From the NCBI RefSeq assembly GCF_009914755.1, contig NC_060926.1: a stretch of DNA of 64,000 bases; one strand, written 5' to 3'. The stretch comes from the human T2T-CHM13v2.0 reference genome, Homo sapiens. Under the pieces are notes generated by a model, which did no database searches, was not told where the DNA came from, and saw only the letters and a list, made by a program, of their open reading frames with translations. The position numbers and the translations under genes were made by a program. This document shows, piece after piece, positions 57,601 to 64,000 of the stretch (its first letter is position 1; each line of letters starts with the position of its first letter).

Positions 57601-60600
57601 TTTGTCCATAAGGGAAGAAGTTATTTTCTAAGTAGAACTTAGGGGGAGCAGCAGTGTCCAATGCTATAGAGAAGTCTAATAAGATAAGGACTGAAAATGG
57701 CTTACTGAATTTAGCAACATAGTGGGATCATTGAAGGCAAAAATGGTCAAGGGAAGAAAGGATGTGATCAGGAATAAAAGTCAAGTGGTTAGTCCTGGAA
57801 GAGAGGAAGGCCATAATGAGAAAGCAGAGCTGCAACTATTCAGAGCTGGAGTCTTGTATGAGCTGAGCACAGGAGAAGAGGTGAAGCATCAGAGAATGCA
57901 GAGGGTGTCTTTAAAGTGTTTCCACTGTGTTTGAGGGAAGGAGGTGAGGCTAAGGAATGGTGATGATCAACATGCTTGATGAGCCCAATCAGGTGGGAGA
58001 GGAGAACAAGGAAGGATGGCAGAGTGTGAGGAGAGTGAATTTTTCCATTTTAAAATCATTAATGAAATCCCCTAATTGCCTATTTGCGGCAGCAGCTATT
58101 TTTTCTGGAAAACTGTGCTAATCCAGGTTAGTTCATGTAACCATATGAAAAGGCAAGGCCCAGGAGTCCATTTTATCCTCTGCAGGGGCTGGAGGAAAAG
58201 GAGAAGGGAGATGAAAGAAGCACAGGATGTCTAACGAATAAATTCCAAACAGGGAGAAAGAGTAATAAGCAAGTATGAAGGAAAGAATCATTCCTGTTCA
58301 CCAGATAACCCCAACTCTCCATATCAAATCAGTCAATGGAGCTCAAAAATGCCCATCAGCCACACCACCCCAACGAAGTCACCCAAAGTTTCAATGCCTC
58401 AATTTTATCATTAATATTTATCTCCTGCACACCAAAATGGTAACATTGGTTATCTTCATATTTTGGCCTCACAGCTGATTCTCATCTTTGTGCTTTTTCT
58501 TGTTTTCCAAGTTGTTTTATGAAAATTTGTGTGTGAAAGGGTTTCAAAATTTGTAAGGAGTTTTACAAATACAAATATTGCTAATATTGAAAGGAACAAC
58601 TGCCAAAAAAATCTGCTTTATTGTTCCACATGGTGCCTTGGTCATTCTTGGTTTAACATTTACACCATTAGAGTCTCAAAAGTTAGACAACATGAGACAA
58701 AGCAGCCTTTCTAGAAGGCAACAGTTAAACTAAATATATTTCTGCGAGTGCTTAGTTCTTTCCAAGCAAAGATATGTCTACTTAAAAATGTTAACTAGTT
58801 TCTGTCCTCATGGGGCCTTTCCAATTAATGGATCTAATTAAAGATGGTTTAGCTCTTGGAGCCATCAACATGTACTTGTTATATTTTCTAGCCTCTCAAA
58901 GGTGGTCAAAGGAAATGTTAAATAAATTGGTGATAATATAATACTATTTATTAATGTTCAGTGTATTTCCTTTCTCTAGAAAGATACGTACAACTTTAAC
59001 AATAATCTAAAGCAACACTTTCTCCCCAAAGATAATCTAGTGGTGAGAAATTCTAGTAACCAGACAAGCTGAGGGAGCCAATGTTCCCAGTCAGTCCCTT
59101 GATTTCCATGAAATAATAGAGAGAGAACTGAGTTTGGCCTATCTTACCTGCACATAGGATAAATCCTAATGGTTTGTAGAATAGTGCCTGTATATGATTC
59201 CTTAAATTCCTGAAAAATAAATGATTGTGCTTGGAGCTGAGGCATTTTCTCCACTGCCCATGCAGCAAAGTCTGTTGGATTCTTAGAACTGTGGGACTTG
59301 TATTTGTTTTCACTACCCACTGCTTCCCCATTCTATATTTTATTTAAGTCTTAGTAATCCCCCTAACTTCTAACCTCTAACCTTCCTTTCCCTTCTGCTC
59401 AACTGTAATTCTTACGTTCACTGTCCAATCTACCCTTCTTCTCAGGAAAGGTTCTCAAACTGGTTCACACTAAGTAACAGAAACTGAGAGAAGATTGACA
59501 AGAGCAAATGAATTTCAGCTGATCCACAGAGCTTTGTCTCTTAATGTTTCCAATTTTGCACATTTCCCTTTGCAACAGAAGCATAACTGATAGACCAGAA
59601 GGTGTTACAGAGAATAGAGAATGACCTGTCCTGCCAGGCTAGCTCTCAGCAGCCACTGTGGGGGTGCGGGAGTGCTCCACCACAAAGATCTGGCAGGCAA
59701 AATGGGCTTTAATGCTCTAAATCAGAGAATCTCAGAGCCTGGAGCCCCATTATCCTTAAGTGCTACATGACGAGGATAAGTAATATTGAGTTGTCTATAA
59801 TAGGCTTTAAAAAAATCAGAGGAAAAACTTTACATGGAAGAATTGCATGGGACTGAAGAGCTACAGAGTTCAGATCACACCACCTTAGTGTTAATTGTGT
59901 AACTCTGGGCATTGGCCTTCCATGGCAGAGAAGATCTAGGTACTGATGGATTTCCCACGTCTCCTGAATTTGTAACAAATAAATGGACCACCAAATTCAT
60001 CCATGCATAAGGCCTGCCCTACTTTTTAGTTAATTTCTGACATTCCCTTTGCTGAATGAACCTTTTCTATTTAAATGTTGAGTCCAAGTGTTCATTCTTA
60101 TTGTAGGCAAAAAGCAAATACTGCATGTGATGGCTCTGAAAATTCTCTCCATAACTACACAAATGGAAGGAAATACTGAATTAAACAATGGAATATAATA
60201 CCTTAGACTGACTAAATAATGGCTTGTTTTGCATTAGTGTATTTATTTTAATGCATTCTTTGAATCTAATAAGAAGAGAAGGGCAGAAAGTGTCACAGAT
60301 GATATACTAAAGTGCAACTAACTACAGAAAATTGAATTCCGAGGCACAATGCCAGTTGAAAGCAAGGACAGAATGATTGTAATGGTGAGGATATTTGTAA
60401 ATAGAGTATGCATTCTAAGAAGTCACCTAATACAAGAGGCGGTCATCTGCAAATGCAGTTTATGTACATGCTATTGGGGCAATCTCAGACAATGCTCCTA
60501 GTTGGAATAAATCCCAAGAAACAGAGGCAAAGGCGAATAGAAAATAATCCATCTGAATTCCCCAAAGATACAGCAAGGCAAGTTGACTTGTTTAGATATT

Positions 60601-60949
60601 ATATTATTTCAATAATGGTTTTAGATAATTGTTTATAACTTTAAGAAGACTCAAAATAACCTGGTAAAACATAATTTCATATAAGATATAGTCTAAGATT
60701 TTAGAATATCTTTAAAATTTTTCATGATTATAAAAATAATATGAACACATGAAAAATTTAAAGCACAAATAAAATCAAAAGCTCTAACCTTTCCATCTTT
60801 AGAGATAGCAATTATTAACAAGTTGGTACAAGTCCTTCCTCACCTTTTCTTATAAATATGTATTAAGTTCATGTCAATATATAATATATTTAATGACATA
60901 AAGCATATTCATAAATTACACATAGATAATATATTTGACAATATTGAAC

Positions 60950-61860
60950 AATATTCAACAAGAATGTCTATTATTTACTAAACATGGTTCTAGGTGTTGG
61001 GGATACAGCAGTGAAAAACAACAACAAAATCCTCACCTTCATAGAGCTTACATTTTAGTGATAGAAGAGAGATGGTAAACAATACAAAGATAAATGAATA
61101 AATTATATGTTAGAAGATGTTAAGATGATAGGGAAAAAACAGATAAGAGGGGTAAGGAGTACCAAGGGTATCAGGCCTTACTGTCAGGTAACATTTGGAC
61201 AATGGTCTTAAAGAGGAGAGGATATGAGCCATGCAGATATTGGGGGAAGAGTATTTCAGCTGAGGGAGTAGCCAGTGCAAAGCCCCTGAGGTGGGCGTGT
61301 AAGTGGCACATTATAGGAACAAGGAGACTAGTGTGGCTTGCATAGTATGAGTAAGGGATGGGGGTGGATGATAGGGTGCCAGATGGTGTATGGCATTGTA
61401 GATCTCTGAAAGAATTGCAAATTTGGCTTTTACTGCAGTGAAATAAGGAGACACTGAAGAGTGTGTGAGCAGAGTTGTAACATAACTTAAAATTTAATAG
61501 CCTCTGACTATTGTGTTGAGAAAAGAGTATAGAGGGGCAAAGTGGAAGGAGAGGGACAGTTTAAGAGGATTTGTACATGAAATAGTACAGGGATGATAGT
61601 AGGTTGGATCTCGGTGGTAGCAGCTGAGTGGTAAGAAGTGGTCAGATTCTGGATAAATTAAGCAATTGGACTTCCTGATGAATTCATGTTCAACATCAGA
61701 GAAAGGGAGAATCATGCCTATACTTTTTTTGACATAAGCATCCTGAAGGATCGTGTTGCCTCAATAGAGATATGGAAACAGAGAGAGGAGCAGGCTTGGG
61801 GGGCAGGAGACTGTGGCCTGTGCTTTAGACATGTTAAGTTTAAAATACCTATTAAAAATA
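60950..61860 (-). mobile_element. L2a-like fragment
   Basis: ggggatacagcagtgaa...gagcttacattttagtg...gtgcaaagcccctgaggtggg...gaagtggtcagattctggata. Confidence 0.8.
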
Positions 61861-62035
61861 TGCATATACTGTTTATGTATATACCCACATATATTATTCT
61901 ATACATACTTCTATACATTATTTTAAACATACTTCTCTGTTTACTTTTTTCTTGTAGACATTTTAAAATATCAGGATATATAGATTGCTTCATGGGGTAG
62001 ACATTGTGCATGGACTATATTTTAGTCTTTATTAG

Positions 62036-62354
<319 letters not shown>

Positions 62355-62909
62355 ATAATAAGCAAAATTCTAAGATGGCCTCTAAGAATCCCACCTGCCA
62401 CCACCCCCAACTCTGGCTTCCTACATATCTTGAATAATCCTTTCCCTTGAGTGTGGACAGGGCCTGTGAATATGTTAGCACGGTCACTTCCCTGGTGATG
62501 TTACGTTACATGGCAAAGACGATGGGATAATCACTCCTGAGATTATATAAGCCACTCCGGACATGAGGTAAGCTTCTGTCACAGCCAACTGGAGTGAGAT
62601 TCTCCCATTGGCTTTGAAGAAGTAAGCTGCCATGTGATGAGAGGGCCACATTCTAGGACTCAAGGGCAATCTCTGGGAGCTAAGACAGACCCTGGGCCAT
62701 GGCCGGCAGAAAAATGAGAGCCTCAATCTACAACTGCAAGGAACTCAATTCTCCCAACAATCTGAATGATCTTTAAAAAGAACGCCAAGATCCAAATGAG
62801 AATTCCACACGGCCAATATCTTAATTTCAGCCTTGTGAGACCCTGAGCAGAGAACCCAGCAATGCCATGCCCAGACTTCTGACCCACAGAAACTGTGAGA
62901 TAATAATCA

Positions 62910-63300
<391 letters not shown>

Positions 63301-64000
63301 TTAATATACATAATAACCCTGACAATGTCTTCAGAAACACACATGGATACCCTGTTCCCATGGAGCAGATGACTGATAAAGCTACAAAACCTAAGAACAG
63401 ATGACCCATAAACATGAGGGTTTCTTGTACTACTATAAATAAATATAATATTATATTGAGTAGGTCTTTTCTGTCTTACATTCTTTTCATAGAATCTTGT
63501 AACAGAATAAACAGTGATTTTCATAAGGTCGCAGAATTTAAAGCTCACAAATGTAGTTCTAGCTCTGTGACATATAATCTTTTGTCATAATTTTTCCACC
63601 CATAAGCCAAAGAGTCTGGCCTTAAAACCATGTATGCTATCAAGCCCAGCAGGTGCCACTTTTGAGAGCCAACTCAAACAGGCATTCAGAAGGCAAATAA
63701 TCACTATGGCTCACCTGCTAAGTCTGCTCTGTTCACCACAAGGAGGGAACTCCATTAAATATTTAAGACAATCACTAAGAGAACACCCAGCAGGCAAACA
63801 ACTATGATTACTTGCCCCATAGCCCTCTCAGCAGGCATCTGACAGCACTTGGGATGGGGTTTACATCACATTAAAGACATCCCTTTGTAGCTCCTATCAA
63901 AAGGAAGACCAACAGTTTCAAAACTGAGATTTCAAAATAAGGATCATTCTCTTGCTGCATATCTTGGGCAGAGTTTCTAAGGACTTCCCTGAATTTTATC

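Overview
Primate (very likely human) genomic DNA lying entirely inside the PDE11A gene (dual cAMP/cGMP phosphodiesterase 11A), which is transcribed on the minus strand. Four coding exons with canonical AG/GT junctions can be read directly: 52897-52822, 50529-50462, 49525-49433 and 1680-1630. Spliced, they give [96 protein letters not shown], the C-terminal half of GAF-B plus the linker toward the catalytic domain. The rest is intron, including one of about 47.8 kb (1681-49432). It is packed with transposons: a full-length but dead L1PA3-type LINE-1 antisense to the gene, a MER41 LTR with tandem STAT (GAS) motifs and a very young AluY inside it, a near-complete Tigger1, about a dozen Alus, and MaLR/ERV1 LTRs, old L1, L2, MIR and hAT MITEs. 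The strongest hypothesis concerns the L1. It sits in the intron between the regulatory GAF domains and the catalytic exons, its antisense promoter points in the PDE11A direction, and its ORF0 is unusually extended with a donor-like site in frame with the next PDE11A exon. A 48-bp templated insertion scar and a possible stop-free 237-nt circRNA are also notable. Repeat subfamily names come from recalled consensus sequences, and boundaries of old elements are approximate.
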